From IMG/VR virus record IMGVR_UViG_2865833183_000001, positions 19,743 through 83,742 of that record: a stretch of 64,000 bases of DNA. One strand, 5' to 3'. Within the stretch, counting starts at the first letter, position 1, and every line of letters begins with the position of its first letter. The DNA is from a virus (lineage: Duplodnaviria > Caudoviricetes). Shown piece by piece: positions 1-8,946 of the stretch. A model generated the notes under the pieces. The model ran no database searches. It was not told where the DNA came from and was given only the letters and a program-made list of their open reading frames with translations. The position numbers were made by a program, and so were the translations under genes.

Positions 1-1
1 C

Positions 2-244
2 GTGATGGCCACCTTCTCCAGCCGCACTGTTGTGAGCACTCGCCGCGAGTGGAGTGTTCCCGCCGCCGAGCCATGGGGTGCGTTCCTCGGCGACGTGCGT
101 GCCGCCATCGCGGTGGCGAGCGTCGCGTACCGGGAGGTGCACCAGCTCCCCGAGGATGCGCCGCTGTTGGACGACGCGTTGCGCTTCAAGGTCGCCGACA
201 ACGAGATCGTCATCAGTTTCACCGTCGAGGAGGGGCAACAGTGA
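2..244 (+). CDS. Phage hypothetical protein (start at window edge)
   Basis: ORF with typical codon usage, stop overlaps next start (GTGATG). Confidence 0.6.
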   Translation: MMATFSSRTVVSTRREWSVPAAEPWGAFLGDVRAAIAVASVAYREVHQLPEDAPLLDDALRFKVADNEIVISFTVEEGQQ

Positions 245-531
245 TGGATGACCGCTACGTCCGCGCCCTGGATCGCGCGCACTCTCTGGCCGAGGAATGG
301 TCCGGGGATCAGCGGCCGATTACCCGGGCTCAAGCCGCCGTGTTGCTGATGGAGGTGCTGCAACTCGACGGGTGGACGGTTGACGAGCCGCCGGTGTTGC
401 GGGCCGTGCCGGACCCCGAGCCGCCCAGTGGCCGTCTGCGGGGCGTTCCGGGTGTCGAAGCTCCCGAGCCCCGTTCTTCCGTTCACAGGCCGTCAGGCGC
501 CCGCTCAGGGCCCGTGGAGGGCGAGTCATGA
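244..531 (+). CDS. Phage hypothetical protein
   Basis: ATG coupled to upstream stop; GAGG RBS. Confidence 0.55.
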   Translation: MDDRYVRALDRAHSLAEEWSGDQRPITRAQAAVLLMEVLQLDGWTVDEPPVLRAVPDPEPPSGRLRGVPGVEAPEPRSSVHRPSGARSGPVEGES

Positions 532-794
532 CGGCCCGGCTCGATACGGACACCCCGCCGCGCGGCTACAGCGGCCCCCAGGGCGCCCCGCAGCGCCCGG
601 ATGACGCCCAGGACCAGCCACCCGCCCAACGCGCCGCAGAGAGCCACGCAGGGCTTCCAGAGCAACTCACTCTGCCCGCCGAGCTCATCGCCGCCGTGCT
701 CCTGCCCGTCCCAATCCCGTCCGCACGACGCCGCGGCCGGCGCGTCCACCACCTGCCCGACATCGCCAACTACCAGCCCGAGGAGACCCACTGA
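528..794 (+). CDS. Phage hypothetical protein
   Basis: ATGA overlap with upstream gene. Confidence 0.5.
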   Translation: MTARLDTDTPPRGYSGPQGAPQRPDDAQDQPPAQRAAESHAGLPEQLTLPAELIAAVLLPVPIPSARRRGRRVHHLPDIANYQPEETH

Positions 795-973
795 TGACCG
801 ACACCCAGCCGACCGAACCCGCGCTGACCGACCCCTACGCCGAATCGCCCGACGCCGGAGACACCAGCGCCTGCAACTGCAACGGCGCGTGGCACGCCAT
901 GGAGCAGCACTGCGTCGACTGGCCGTGCCCCGGCTGTGCCCGCATCTGCCCGCCCGAGCCCGGCACCGCCTGA
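794..973 (+). CDS. Small Cys-rich hypothetical protein (59 aa, not in ORF track)
   Basis: TGATG coupling, GGAG RBS; MTDTQPTEP...CNC...HCVDWPCPGC. Confidence 0.5.
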   Translation: MTDTQPTEPALTDPYAESPDAGDTSACNCNGAWHAMEQHCVDWPCPGCARICPPEPGTA

Positions 974-1033
974 CCGCCCCGTGCCCGGCCGCCGTCCCCG
1001 CGGCCGGGCCCCGACCCGCCGGAGACCACACCC

Positions 1034-1597
1034 ATGACCGACCAGGCCGCCACTCACCGTTGCCGCAACTGCGATGGGGTCGACCCCGACAGCTGCCTCA
1101 CCAACCCTGACCGACCGCCCATCACCCAGCCTCCGTACCGCGTCCTGCTGGCCTGCATCGAGGACGAGCGGACCAAGGCCGAACACAACGCCCCGCTGTG
1201 CCGGACCGAGGAGGCGCGGTGGGTCAACGAGGGCATGGCCGCCGCCCACTTGGTTGACATCGGGCACGTGCTCGCCGTGTTCGAGGGGCCCGAGGCGGCA
1301 GCCGTGTACATGCGGGGCGAGGCTGGCGCTCGTGACTCCAACCTCACACCCGGCTTCGTCAACCCGCCCGGCTCGACGGCCGAGCAGCTGCCCGCCGACG
1401 TCCTGGCCCTGATCGACCCGCCGCCGTACCTGTCCACCGCATGTGAGACAGCGCAGCTCCTCGAGCAGGCCGTGGCCGAGCACCCCGACAGGCAGGCCGG
1501 GCTGCGGGAGTGGGCGCGGCGGATGCACGCCAGGTGCCGGAAGAACCAGAAGTTCACCGGGAAGCTCTGCACCTGCGGCCACCACCAGGCCGGCTGA
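1034..1597 (+). CDS. Phage hypothetical protein with Cys/His motifs
   Basis: GGAG RBS; CRNC at N-terminus, HARC...CTCGHH at C-terminus. Confidence 0.65.
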   Translation: MTDQAATHRCRNCDGVDPDSCLTNPDRPPITQPPYRVLLACIEDERTKAEHNAPLCRTEEARWVNEGMAAAHLVDIGHVLAVFEGPEAAAVYMRGEAGARDSNLTPGFVNPPGSTAEQLPADVLALIDPPPYLSTACETAQLLEQAVAEHPDRQAGLREWARRMHARCRKNQKFTGKLCTCGHHQAG

Positions 1598-1651
1598 CCC
1601 CCGGACGTGCGTGTGCCGCACACCGGGGGAGGGTGTGCGGCACAGGGCAGG

Positions 1652-1939
1652 TCAAGCGTCCGGCTGGGCGGTGCGGCGGAGGCGTTCGGCCCGCTCCTTG
1701 TAGCGCTCGTCGGGTTCGATGCCCGCTTCCCGGGCCATCTTCCGCACGTGGGCGGGTGTCCAGCCGGACGCCTTGGCCACCTCGGTAGGGCGGTGCTCCC
1801 CATTGCGGAGGGCGGCGAGGACGACCTCTTTCAGGTGGGTGCTGGACTTCTTGAGGCGTTCCTCGTCGCGCTTTCGGCGCGTACCGGCTGCCTCGATCTC
1901 TTCGAGGGTCGGCTGCTCGGGGGTCTCGTCGACTGTCAT
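1652..1939 (-). CDS. HTH DNA-binding protein
   Basis: RPTEVAKASGWTPAHVRKMAR helix-turn-helix pattern; divergent from 2080 operon. Confidence 0.7.
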   Translation of the reverse strand: MTVDETPEQPTLEEIEAAGTRRKRDEERLKKSSTHLKEVVLAALRNGEHRPTEVAKASGWTPAHVRKMAREAGIEPDERYKERAERLRRTAQPDA

Positions 1940-1962
1940 AGCAACAAGGTACCGCAACCGAC

Positions 1963-2023
1963 TTGCGCTGACAGCCCTTCAGGAGTAGCTTTGAGGTATC
2001 GACAGCGATACATAGTATCGCTG
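1963..2023 (+). promoter_or_regulatory. Putative promoter with downstream palindromic operator
   Basis: TTGCGC-N17-TAGCTT (1963-1991); palindrome CAGCGATAC-ATA-GTATCGCTG (2003-2023). Confidence 0.5.
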
Positions 2024-2079
2024 ATGAGGATCGATGAAGTGCCGCTAAGCCCCTGATGAGGCAGGCCGTAGGAGGAGAG

Positions 2080-2256
2080 ATGTACAAGACCATGGACCAC
2101 CGAGAGGTCACCTCGCACTCCAACACGTTGGAGGAGGCCATCAGGGGTGCGCGTAACGCGTGGTGGAACGGCAGCGATGACCGGTCGTTCTCGATCGTCA
2201 ACGCGTCGGGCTCCACGGTGGCGTTCGTCCGCCGTGGACAGGTGACACGCGGCTGA
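2080..2256 (+). CDS. Small hypothetical protein
   Basis: Strong AGGAGG RBS before ATG. Confidence 0.6.
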   Translation: MYKTMDHREVTSHSNTLEEAIRGARNAWWNGSDDRSFSIVNASGSTVAFVRRGQVTRG

Positions 2257-2381
2257 ACCACCAGCCCCCGGACGGTCAAACCGTGCGCGCGTCGTAGCGC
2301 ACCGGGCGGCACCTCATCCCGCCCGGCCTTCGGGCCGGGCCCTCACCCGCCACCACCAACCGCACCGCAGGGGAGACCGCA

Positions 2382-2675
2382 ATGGACCGCATCGTCATCG
2401 ACCAAGCCAAGATTCAGATCGACGACTCGCTCAAGGTCAAGCCGGGCTCGGAGTTCCCCCGGCCGCTCGACTGGTGGCAGCGGATCGTCCCCTGCTGGCT
2501 CGACGCGTCCGAAGACGAACACGGCCACATCGTGATCACCCCCAACGGTCACCGCGCCGACGGGCACGTGTACGAACTGACCCCCGCCGTCATCCGTCGC
2601 GAGATGAAGGCCGCGATGCGGTTCCTCGGCGAGCGCCGGTTCCTCGACTTCACCGACGCCATCGTCACCGCCTGA
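2382..2675 (+). CDS. Hypothetical protein
   Basis: GGAG RBS, GC3-biased codons. Confidence 0.65.
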   Translation: MDRIVIDQAKIQIDDSLKVKPGSEFPRPLDWWQRIVPCWLDASEDEHGHIVITPNGHRADGHVYELTPAVIRREMKAAMRFLGERRFLDFTDAIVTA

Positions 2676-2748
2676 CATTCCTGCCCGGCCCCCGGTGGCC
2701 GGGCCCGCCCCCGAACCCGCCGCACCCCGATCCGCAGAGGAGACCGCA

Positions 2749-3084
2749 ATGTCCACGAACTACTTCGCGTTCGGTGAATTCCCGGGCGGTGAGGCCGACG
2801 GTGAGGGACTGCACATCGGGCAGCACGCAGGGGGCTGGGAGTTCCTGTGGCGCGCCCACAACGACCACGGCCTGACCTGCACCGACACCTGGCTGAGGTT
2901 CCTGTCCCGTGAGGGCGTCACCATCGAGACCGAGTACGGGACCGTCGTGCCGCTGGCCGACTTCTGGAAGCAGGCCATCCTCCGCCCCGCCGAGGCGACC
3001 CCGCACATGAGCAGCCGGGCTACCGCCGTCGTGGAATGGCGGGACCGGCGCGGCTGCCCCTTCTATGACGGCGACTTCTGCTGA
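2749..3084 (+). CDS. Phage hypothetical protein
   Basis: GAGGAG RBS; LHIGQHAGGWEFLW...ETEYG...DGDFC. Confidence 0.7.
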   Translation: MSTNYFAFGEFPGGEADGEGLHIGQHAGGWEFLWRAHNDHGLTCTDTWLRFLSREGVTIETEYGTVVPLADFWKQAILRPAEATPHMSSRATAVVEWRDRRGCPFYDGDFC

Positions 3085-3092
3085 CCCACCCA

Positions 3093-3141
3093 GCCCCGTC
3101 AGGCGGACGTAGCCGGTTCGAATCCGGCGCGGGGCACTCCA
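3093..3141 (+). ncRNA. tRNA-like mini-element (acceptor stem + T arm only)
   Basis: GCCCCGT/GCGGGGC 7-bp stem, GCCGG-TTCGAAT-CCGGC T arm, 3' ACTCCA; only a 12-nt linker in place of D and anticodon arms. Confidence 0.55.
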
Positions 3142-3170
3142 AACCACCAGCGACCTGCCGAGGAGTCGCC

Positions 3171-3383
3171 ATGCTCAACCCGATGACCCGCTGGGAGCCC
3201 GGCACCAAAGTGCGCTACCACGGCTCTCTCGTCGAGCTGCACGGGGTGTACGCCGCGCACCCCTGCCGGTGCCTGCGGTGCACGGACACCCACAACCTGC
3301 CTGGCGTGCGCTTCGCCCTCCAGGACGCGGACGGCAACACCGCCGCCACCTGCGTCCGGCCCCGATCCATCACCGCCGTCTGA
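3171..3383 (+). CDS. Small hypothetical protein (SH3-like pattern)
   Basis: GAGGAG RBS; WEPGTKVRY. Confidence 0.6.
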   Translation: MLNPMTRWEPGTKVRYHGSLVELHGVYAAHPCRCLRCTDTHNLPGVRFALQDADGNTAATCVRPRSITAV

Positions 3384-3428
3384 CTGCTGCCGCTGACCGC
3401 CGCACCATCCCCCACCCGGGAGGCCCGT

Positions 3429-3623
3429 ATGCCTGCACGCCCCTTCAAGCGCGGTGATTTCGTCCGCTACGACGGCAGCCGCGAACGGTGGCGCGGCAAG
3501 TGGTGGACCGTCGAAGCAGTCCACAACAGTCGCGGCATCCGCACCTACACGCTGGCCGCCCGCGGCATCGGCCGCCTGCGGAACGTCAAAGCCCAGCACG
3601 TGTCCCAGCCGGCTGTCGACTGA
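3429..3623 (+). CDS. Small hypothetical protein (SH3-like pattern)
   Basis: GGAGG RBS; FKRGDFVRY. Confidence 0.6.
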   Translation: MPARPFKRGDFVRYDGSRERWRGKWWTVEAVHNSRGIRTYTLAARGIGRLRNVKAQHVSQPAVD

Positions 3624-3662
3624 ACCTCAATCCACTCCACCCAATCCAGCAGAGGAGCACCC

Positions 3663-3860
3663 ATGAAGATCAACCGGTCATTGCTGCCGGAAGACCAGCC
3701 GATCACCGGAGACGAGTTCATCCGCATCCACAACATCGTCGACAACGCCACGCTGGCCCGCCTCGCCGCCGAGCACCACGACGATGCCGACCACGACGAC
3801 TGCTTCCAACCCCACCGCACCGCCGACGGCTACGTCGACTGCGACGGGCGGCCCCTGTGA
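3663..3860 (+). CDS. Small hypothetical protein
   Basis: GAGGAG RBS. Confidence 0.6.
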   Translation: MKINRSLLPEDQPITGDEFIRIHNIVDNATLARLAAEHHDDADHDDCFQPHRTADGYVDCDGRPL

Positions 3861-4198
3861 CCACCCCACCAGAGCACACCGAGGTCGATCAAATGCATGC
3901 CGAGCTTGCTCGACTTCGGGGCCTGGAACACGGCCTGCGGGAAATCCTGCACCGGGTCGACGCCTCCCCGGTCGAGGCGACCCGTAGCGGGGGCGCGGTG
4001 TGGCGACTCACCGCCAACCTGGTCATGCTGCAGAAGGCCGGCCGCCCGCCTCTGTGGAACCGCTGGTCCGGCGACCCGCCCCCACCCATTGACAGCCTGC
4101 CGCCGCACCAGTGCCTAATCTCCGGCCTCGACGGGTGCAGCGACTGCGGACACCCCGAAGACGCCGTATGCCACGGGGGAGAGGCGACCGGCTGGTGA
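3857..4198 (+). CDS. Hypothetical protein with C-terminal Cys/His cluster
   Basis: GTGA overlap; HQC...CSDCGHPEDAVCH. Confidence 0.55.
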   Translation: MTTPPEHTEVDQMHAELARLRGLEHGLREILHRVDASPVEATRSGGAVWRLTANLVMLQKAGRPPLWNRWSGDPPPPIDSLPPHQCLISGLDGCSDCGHPEDAVCHGGEATGW

Positions 4199-4211
4199 AC
4201 AGGAGCAGCCA

Positions 4212-4514
4212 GTGACCAGGCGCCCGATGTCCGCCCTCCGGGCCCGTGCCGTCATCGAATCCGCAGCCCTCGTCAAAGCCCCTACCTGGTCCGAGGACCG
4301 GCACTGGCACGTCGTCGACGGCGACGGCAAGGTGCTCGTCGTGGTCGCCCCCTCCTACGGCGGCGTGTCCCAGTCGGGGCGAAACGGCTGGCAGTGGTGG
4401 CTCGCCGGCTCCGGGCCCTCCTCGGCAACCCGACCCGAGAAGACCTGCGAGCAGGCCGCCGTCGCCGGACTCGATGCCTGGGAACGCTGGGCCACCACCC
4501 GACCCTCCCCATGA
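4212..4514 (+). CDS. Phage hypothetical protein
   Basis: AGGAG RBS, Trp-rich ORF. Confidence 0.6.
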   Translation: MTRRPMSALRARAVIESAALVKAPTWSEDRHWHVVDGDGKVLVVVAPSYGGVSQSGRNGWQWWLAGSGPSSATRPEKTCEQAAVAGLDAWERWATTRPSP

Positions 4515-4527
4515 GACTCTGAACCCC

Positions 4528-4740
4528 ATGACCCCAGACGATCCCGCCCCGCTGCCTGGCTTCGACGAGCCGGCCGCGGGGCGCAGTCGTATCACCTGCC
4601 GCATGTGCGGGCGGCCGTTGCGAGGCAGGCAGGCCCGACTGTGGGGGCTCGGGGAGGACTGCCGGGGCAAACTCGCCCTCCGCGCTGCACCGAAGCCGCC
4701 CGAGCACGACATCGAACAAGAGACGCTCCCCGGGACCTGA
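4528..4740 (+). CDS. DUF6011-like zinc-finger protein
   Basis: CRMCGRPL...GLGEDC motif. Confidence 0.6.
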   Translation: MTPDDPAPLPGFDEPAAGRSRITCRMCGRPLRGRQARLWGLGEDCRGKLALRAAPKPPEHDIEQETLPGT

Positions 4741-4996
4741 GGGCCGCTCGCAGCACACTGGCACGTGACGGTATGCCTGGCTGGTCAGCCTCGGTAGCCG
4801 GCCGCGCCGCAGACCTTTGGCCTATGCCACCGGCAAAAGCAAAGCTAGCAAGGCTCTCGAATCCAAGCCGAACAGGGACCCCTACAGGCATTTTCGCGAG
4901 AGTTTCCCTACCTGGTTCCTGCAAGAAGGCGGTATCACTTCGCTACGGTGGTGGGCGTCACGACAGAAGCAAGCAGGCGGCAGTTAGGCGATCCAC

Positions 4997-5281
4997 ATGA
5001 GTGACGCGCCCTGGACCATCGAACGCATCAGCGCCGCACTGGGGGACCCCAACCTCGCGCAGCGGTTCCTCGGCGAGATCAACCGGGCGCCGGCTCATGA
5101 GCTGCTGTCCGTGTTCGCAAAGTGGCGGCAGATCGCCGAGGACACGGATGCGGCCCTCGAACAAGCAGACGAGGTCATCGCCTACGAAAGCCAAGGTGAA
5201 GAGCCTCCCGGCGAGTGGCTCGACGGAGATCAGCGGGTTCAGGAAGTAGCTGACCGAATCCGGGCACGCGGGGCCGCCTGA
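4997..5281 (+). CDS. Putative antitoxin (DUF6247-like), pair 1
   Basis: Acidic helical 94 aa; WTIERISAAL...RFLGEI resembles ORF at 5840; precedes RelE-like ORF. Confidence 0.55.
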   Translation: MSDAPWTIERISAALGDPNLAQRFLGEINRAPAHELLSVFAKWRQIAEDTDAALEQADEVIAYESQGEEPPGEWLDGDQRVQEVADRIRARGAA

Positions 5282-5299
5282 CCTGGCACGCTGTACAGC

Positions 5300-5545
5300 G
5301 TGTATCTGCTTCGTTACCCGCCTCACGTAGAGGCCGTCTGGGACTCGCTTCCCGACGAGGCCAGGGTCGAATTCGACCGCGCCATCCTCGCCGTCTGCGA
5401 GGACCCCTTCGCCGAGACCACACCCCACGGTGGCGACGGCGACATCAAGCGGCTCCTCATCCTCAACCACACCAGGGCCGTGCTGGTCGTCTTCAAGCAC
5501 CCCCTGCAGCGGGTACGCATCCTCGACCTCAAGCACCTCGGGTAG
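5300..5545 (+). CDS. Putative RelE/ParE-fold toxin, pair 1
   Basis: 81 aa; YLLRY...WDSLPDEAR...EDP...RVRILDL architecture. Confidence 0.55.
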   Translation: MYLLRYPPHVEAVWDSLPDEARVEFDRAILAVCEDPFAETTPHGGDGDIKRLLILNHTRAVLVVFKHPLQRVRILDLKHLG

Positions 5546-5555
5546 GCGCGCGCTA

Positions 5556-5593
5556 AAGCCCCCGGCCGTGCATCCGCGCCAGCCGGGGGCTTT
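5556..5593. terminator. Hairpin terminator
   Basis: AAAGCCCCCGGC...GCCGGGGGCTTT. Confidence 0.6.
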
Positions 5594-5839
5594 CTGCTGC
5601 GCTCCGTCTCGCGTGTCCTGAGCCATCACCATCACATCAGCCAGGGTCTGCCCCACCACCGAGCACAGTTGCACGTGACAGGTTGCTTCGCCCCGCCACC
5701 TGCGTCCCGAGCCGGCTGCCCGGCACATCGCGCCAGCCAGATCTGCCCGGGCGCCCGCCCGGCCGCCCGGCCGGGCGCTAGGCTCAGAGACACACTGTTT
5801 GGTTACGGGATTCATGAATTCAGGGTCGAGGTCGAGGCT

Positions 5840-6148
5840 ATGAGCAGCGAGAACTGGACGATCGACAGCATCGCCCACGCACTCCCCCACCCCGAACTGC
5901 GAGCTACCTTCCAGCGTGAGGTCTCCTTCACGGATGTCGGCAAGCTGCCCGCGATCTTCCGGCGGTGGGTGCAGTTCATCGAAGACTTCGAAGCCGACCG
6001 ACCTCGTACCGAGGAACTGCTTTCCTACATTGAGCAGCACGGACGGCTACTGGACGACTACGATGAAGACACGCCCGAGAGCATCGCCGCGTTCGAGGAC
6101 CTCAAAGCCCGTCTGAACGCCCACCGCGAAGGACATCACGCCGCGTGA
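5840..6148 (+). CDS. Putative antitoxin, pair 2
   Basis: WTIDSIAHAL...TFQREV; paralog of 4997; GTGA overlap with next gene. Confidence 0.55.
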   Translation: MSSENWTIDSIAHALPHPELRATFQREVSFTDVGKLPAIFRRWVQFIEDFEADRPRTEELLSYIEQHGRLLDDYDEDTPESIAAFEDLKARLNAHREGHHAA

Positions 6149-6396
6149 CCTGGAACTTCAGCCGCAGCCCCCACACCCTCGACATGATCGGCGGGCTGCC
6201 GCTTGAAGGCCAGATGGCACTCTTCGACCTCATCGACCGGCTCGAAGCCGATCCACTCGCGGGCACCGAGCCCTACGGGGAAGACGACGGCATGACCCGC
6301 CAAGCCGTCTTCGGCGGCTTCGGAATCATCGTGTTCTGGGCTAGCCAGGCGACGAAGCGCATCACGCCGCTACAGATCAACTGGGCGGCCCCGTAG
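6145..6396 (+). CDS. Putative RelE/ParE-fold toxin, pair 2
   Basis: WNFSRS...GLPLEGQ...ADP...PYG...RITPLQINW. Confidence 0.55.
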   Translation: MTWNFSRSPHTLDMIGGLPLEGQMALFDLIDRLEADPLAGTEPYGEDDGMTRQAVFGGFGIIVFWASQATKRITPLQINWAAP

Positions 6397-6549
6397 GGCT
6401 GCTGCGGCCTCCCCATACGCGGAGGCACGCTGGGGCGCCGCCTGAGTCTCAGTCGCACTCACCACATCGGCCAGAACCTGGCGCGTCGCGCCGGCCCTGT
6501 GGGGGAGCCTTCTTTCCGGTGAATACCGCAACCGGCAAGGGGGGAATGC

Positions 6550-7380
6550 GTGTTCGGAACCAAAGCCGTGCACAAGGCCATCGACGAACTGAAGACCAGT
6601 GTCGGCGGCTTACGAGAAGCCCTCACCAACGCGATCAAGCAAGGGCTCGACGGCATCAAGGCCAGCATCGACGAGATCCGCAACGACACCCAGCGCACCA
6701 GCAACGCCGCCGAGACCCTCAGCGGCAGAATCGACAACCTTCACAGCGAGATCCAAGGACTCCGCGGCGACATCGAGCGGCTCCGCACCAGCGTCGAAGC
6801 CACCACACGGGCAGTCGCGGACGGCCGCAGCGACGAGCGCATCCTCGGGGAGATCGCCGACCTGCGCGCCGCCGTCGAAGGCTGCCGAGCAGACGCAGCG
6901 GAAGCCCGCCAGGCGGCGACCGAAGTCCCCCAAGCCGAGCAGCAGCAGGCACAGGCCGCCACCGGCGAGGCCGACACCGGCGACTTCGACAAGCTCCTTG
7001 ACCTCGCTGCCGGCGTCGCCTACGCCGAAATCTCCTGCCACCGCGACACCTGGGACTTCCTCGTCGCCCAATCCAGCCGCGGCCAGCACTTCCGACTCCC
7101 CGGCATGGTCGAAGAGAAAGACTGCCTCATCGACGCCGACCTGTCCGGCCGAACCCTCATCGCCGTCCTCGATGCCCTCTGGCACACCCAGCGCAACCCC
7201 GATGTCGAACCGGGCACGCGGCGCCTCGCAGCCAAGGTGTACGGGCGCATCGGCGACGCCCTCGGCAAAGTAGAAGCCGACGGCAGCCCCGAACAGCACC
7301 GGGCCGGCGCCGAACAGCGCCAGCCCGACGTGACGCGCATCGTCATCGATGATCGACCCCCGGCCGAGGCCAGCAACTGA
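6550..7380 (+). CDS. Coiled-coil hypothetical protein
   Basis: Heptad-rich N-terminal half; in-frame TTA codon at 6610. Confidence 0.7.
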   Translation: MFGTKAVHKAIDELKTSVGGLREALTNAIKQGLDGIKASIDEIRNDTQRTSNAAETLSGRIDNLHSEIQGLRGDIERLRTSVEATTRAVADGRSDERILGEIADLRAAVEGCRADAAEARQAATEVPQAEQQQAQAATGEADTGDFDKLLDLAAGVAYAEISCHRDTWDFLVAQSSRGQHFRLPGMVEEKDCLIDADLSGRTLIAVLDALWHTQRNPDVEPGTRRLAAKVYGRIGDALGKVEADGSPEQHRAGAEQRQPDVTRIVIDDRPPAEASN

Positions 7381-7393
7381 CCCAGCCGAACGC

Positions 7394-7423
7394 GAACGCC
7401 CCCACCAATCTGCTGGGGGCGTT
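7394..7423. terminator. Hairpin between convergent genes
   Basis: GAACGCCCCCA...TGGGGGCGTTC. Confidence 0.6.
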
Positions 7424-7448
7424 CCGCCGGGCTGAAGGGGGCTCTGGC

Positions 7449-7760
7449 CTACACATGCGCCAGGCTTGCTTGATAGAGCCGCTTGAGCGCCTGTACCTCC
7501 CCCTCGTCAGCGAACACCGCCTCCGGCGGAACCCACATGCGAACAGTCTCAGGTCCGATGCCCTCGCTTGAAGGCTCGCCGACAGCAAGCTGAGTCGACC
7601 AGCGGACCCAACTCGAGACCAACACCTCGATCCACACGGCGCCGTCTGGGCTCTCCTCCACCGTGGCGACCTTGCCGCGTAGTCTGCCGCCCTTGTCCGG
7701 CAGCAGCACATCGACACTGGGCAGGGGGTCTGGAACGGAGAAGAGATGTACCGCAGGCAT
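7449..7760 (-). CDS. Hypothetical protein
   Basis: ORF convergent on terminator; plausible composition. Confidence 0.55.
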   Translation of the reverse strand: MPAVHLFSVPDPLPSVDVLLPDKGGRLRGKVATVEESPDGAVWIEVLVSSWVRWSTQLAVGEPSSEGIGPETVRMWVPPEAVFADEGEVQALKRLYQASLAHV

Positions 7761-7891
7761 GTCGTGGATCATCCAGGCGGCGAAGCGCAGTCGGCGGTAG
7801 GCAAGCCGAGTGACTCACCAGGTCGGCGTAACCTCCGCTGCGCAGCGGCGCGCCTCCCCGCGGCCACTCCCAGGCGCGCTACCTATCCCAC

Positions 7892-8287
7892 ATGAGCCGA
7901 GACTTCGACCTCAAATTCGAACTCTACGTCGCACTGAGAGAACAGTGCGGCTCGAGGAACGACTGGCCTGTCGGCTTCAACACAGCTCGACATCTTCTCT
8001 GCACCATCCCTCTCCACGATCGAGAGCTGTACCGCTTCCTGCGGTGTGCGCGTCAAGCGAGCACTCACCTCCATGAACGGGCCCGGCTCACATCGCGCCT
8101 CTATCAGTACTCCTTGGTGCTTGCCCTTGACAGCGAGCACGGGTTCGACGATCAGGATGAAGGTCACGTGGCGGCGTGGCACATCCTCTTGGCCATCCAC
8201 GGCATGCTGGACCAGGAAACATTCGACAAGTTCGTTGACTGCGCGATCTCGGTGCTGGAGCCAGAGCGGGAAGCGGTCGGAGCATGA
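7892..8287 (+). CDS. Hypothetical protein (lower GC, moron-like)
   Basis: ORF followed by strong hairpin. Confidence 0.55.
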   Translation: MSRDFDLKFELYVALREQCGSRNDWPVGFNTARHLLCTIPLHDRELYRFLRCARQASTHLHERARLTSRLYQYSLVLALDSEHGFDDQDEGHVAAWHILLAIHGMLDQETFDKFVDCAISVLEPEREAVGA

Positions 8288-8297
8288 ACCACCGAAC

Positions 8298-8336
8298 AGC
8301 AGGAAGTCCCGGCCGATCTGGCCGGGACTTCCTGCT
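8298..8336. terminator. 17-bp stem hairpin, bidirectional terminator candidate
   Basis: AGCAGGAAGTCCCGGCC-GATCT-GGCCGGGACTTCCTGCT. Confidence 0.7.
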
Positions 8337-8544
8337 TTCACTGCGCTGGCTGGCCGGCGCCGGAGCACATCTCCCGACTGCCCTCCGGCTGATGCTGCGG
8401 AGTCGGCTCACCTGCGCCAGCCGAGGTGCTGGCACCACACACGGGACATGAGGCTGAGCATTGAACGGGATCGCGGCGCATCGGGCCTCCCCAGGATTGG
8501 TTACCCGCAGGATGCACCCGAACACGGGGCGCACAGGAGGCGCG

Positions 8545-8946
8545 TCAAAGGATGCGCGAGTAAATCTTCGCGCCACTGTGAAACTCCACCGTCAGCCCGT
8601 TACGCCGATCCGCCGGGTCCTCCCTCAGCGACCACTGCTCAATACTCGCGATCTCCCGCGACCCCGAACCAGCCAGCAGACCGGCCAGCCAACCCTCCGC
8701 CCCATCCGCCCGTCGCTCGAGAGAGACCGGGTCGCCTTCCACCGGCGCGCCCTCCGGCTCGTCATACTTGTCACCCGGCGCCGACTGTGCGACGAAATGG
8801 AAGCGGGCCTCACGCCCCTCCAGCTTTACCGCCATGCCGCCCGGATGCTTCGTATCACCCGCCTCCGCCAACGTCATCGGTGAACCAGCCGACGGATCTT
8901 TGGACGCGAGCTCCAGAACGAACGACTGAAAGCGCCTAGGACGCAT
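8545..8946 (-). CDS. Hypothetical protein
   Basis: GAGG RBS; MRPRRFQSFVLEL...FHSGAKIY. Confidence 0.6.
   Translation of the reverse strand: MRPRRFQSFVLELASKDPSAGSPMTLAEAGDTKHPGGMAVKLEGREARFHFVAQSAPGDKYDEPEGAPVEGDPVSLERRADGAEGWLAGLLAGSGSREIASIEQWSLREDPADRRNGLTVEFHSGAKIYSRIL

Noticed and set aside
2021-2062. Two CTGATGAG words suggesting a hammerhead ribozyme
   Set aside because: No GAAA core or compatible stems follow either copy
3093-3141. Functional tRNA gene
   Set aside because: No D arm or anticodon arm; only 49 nt
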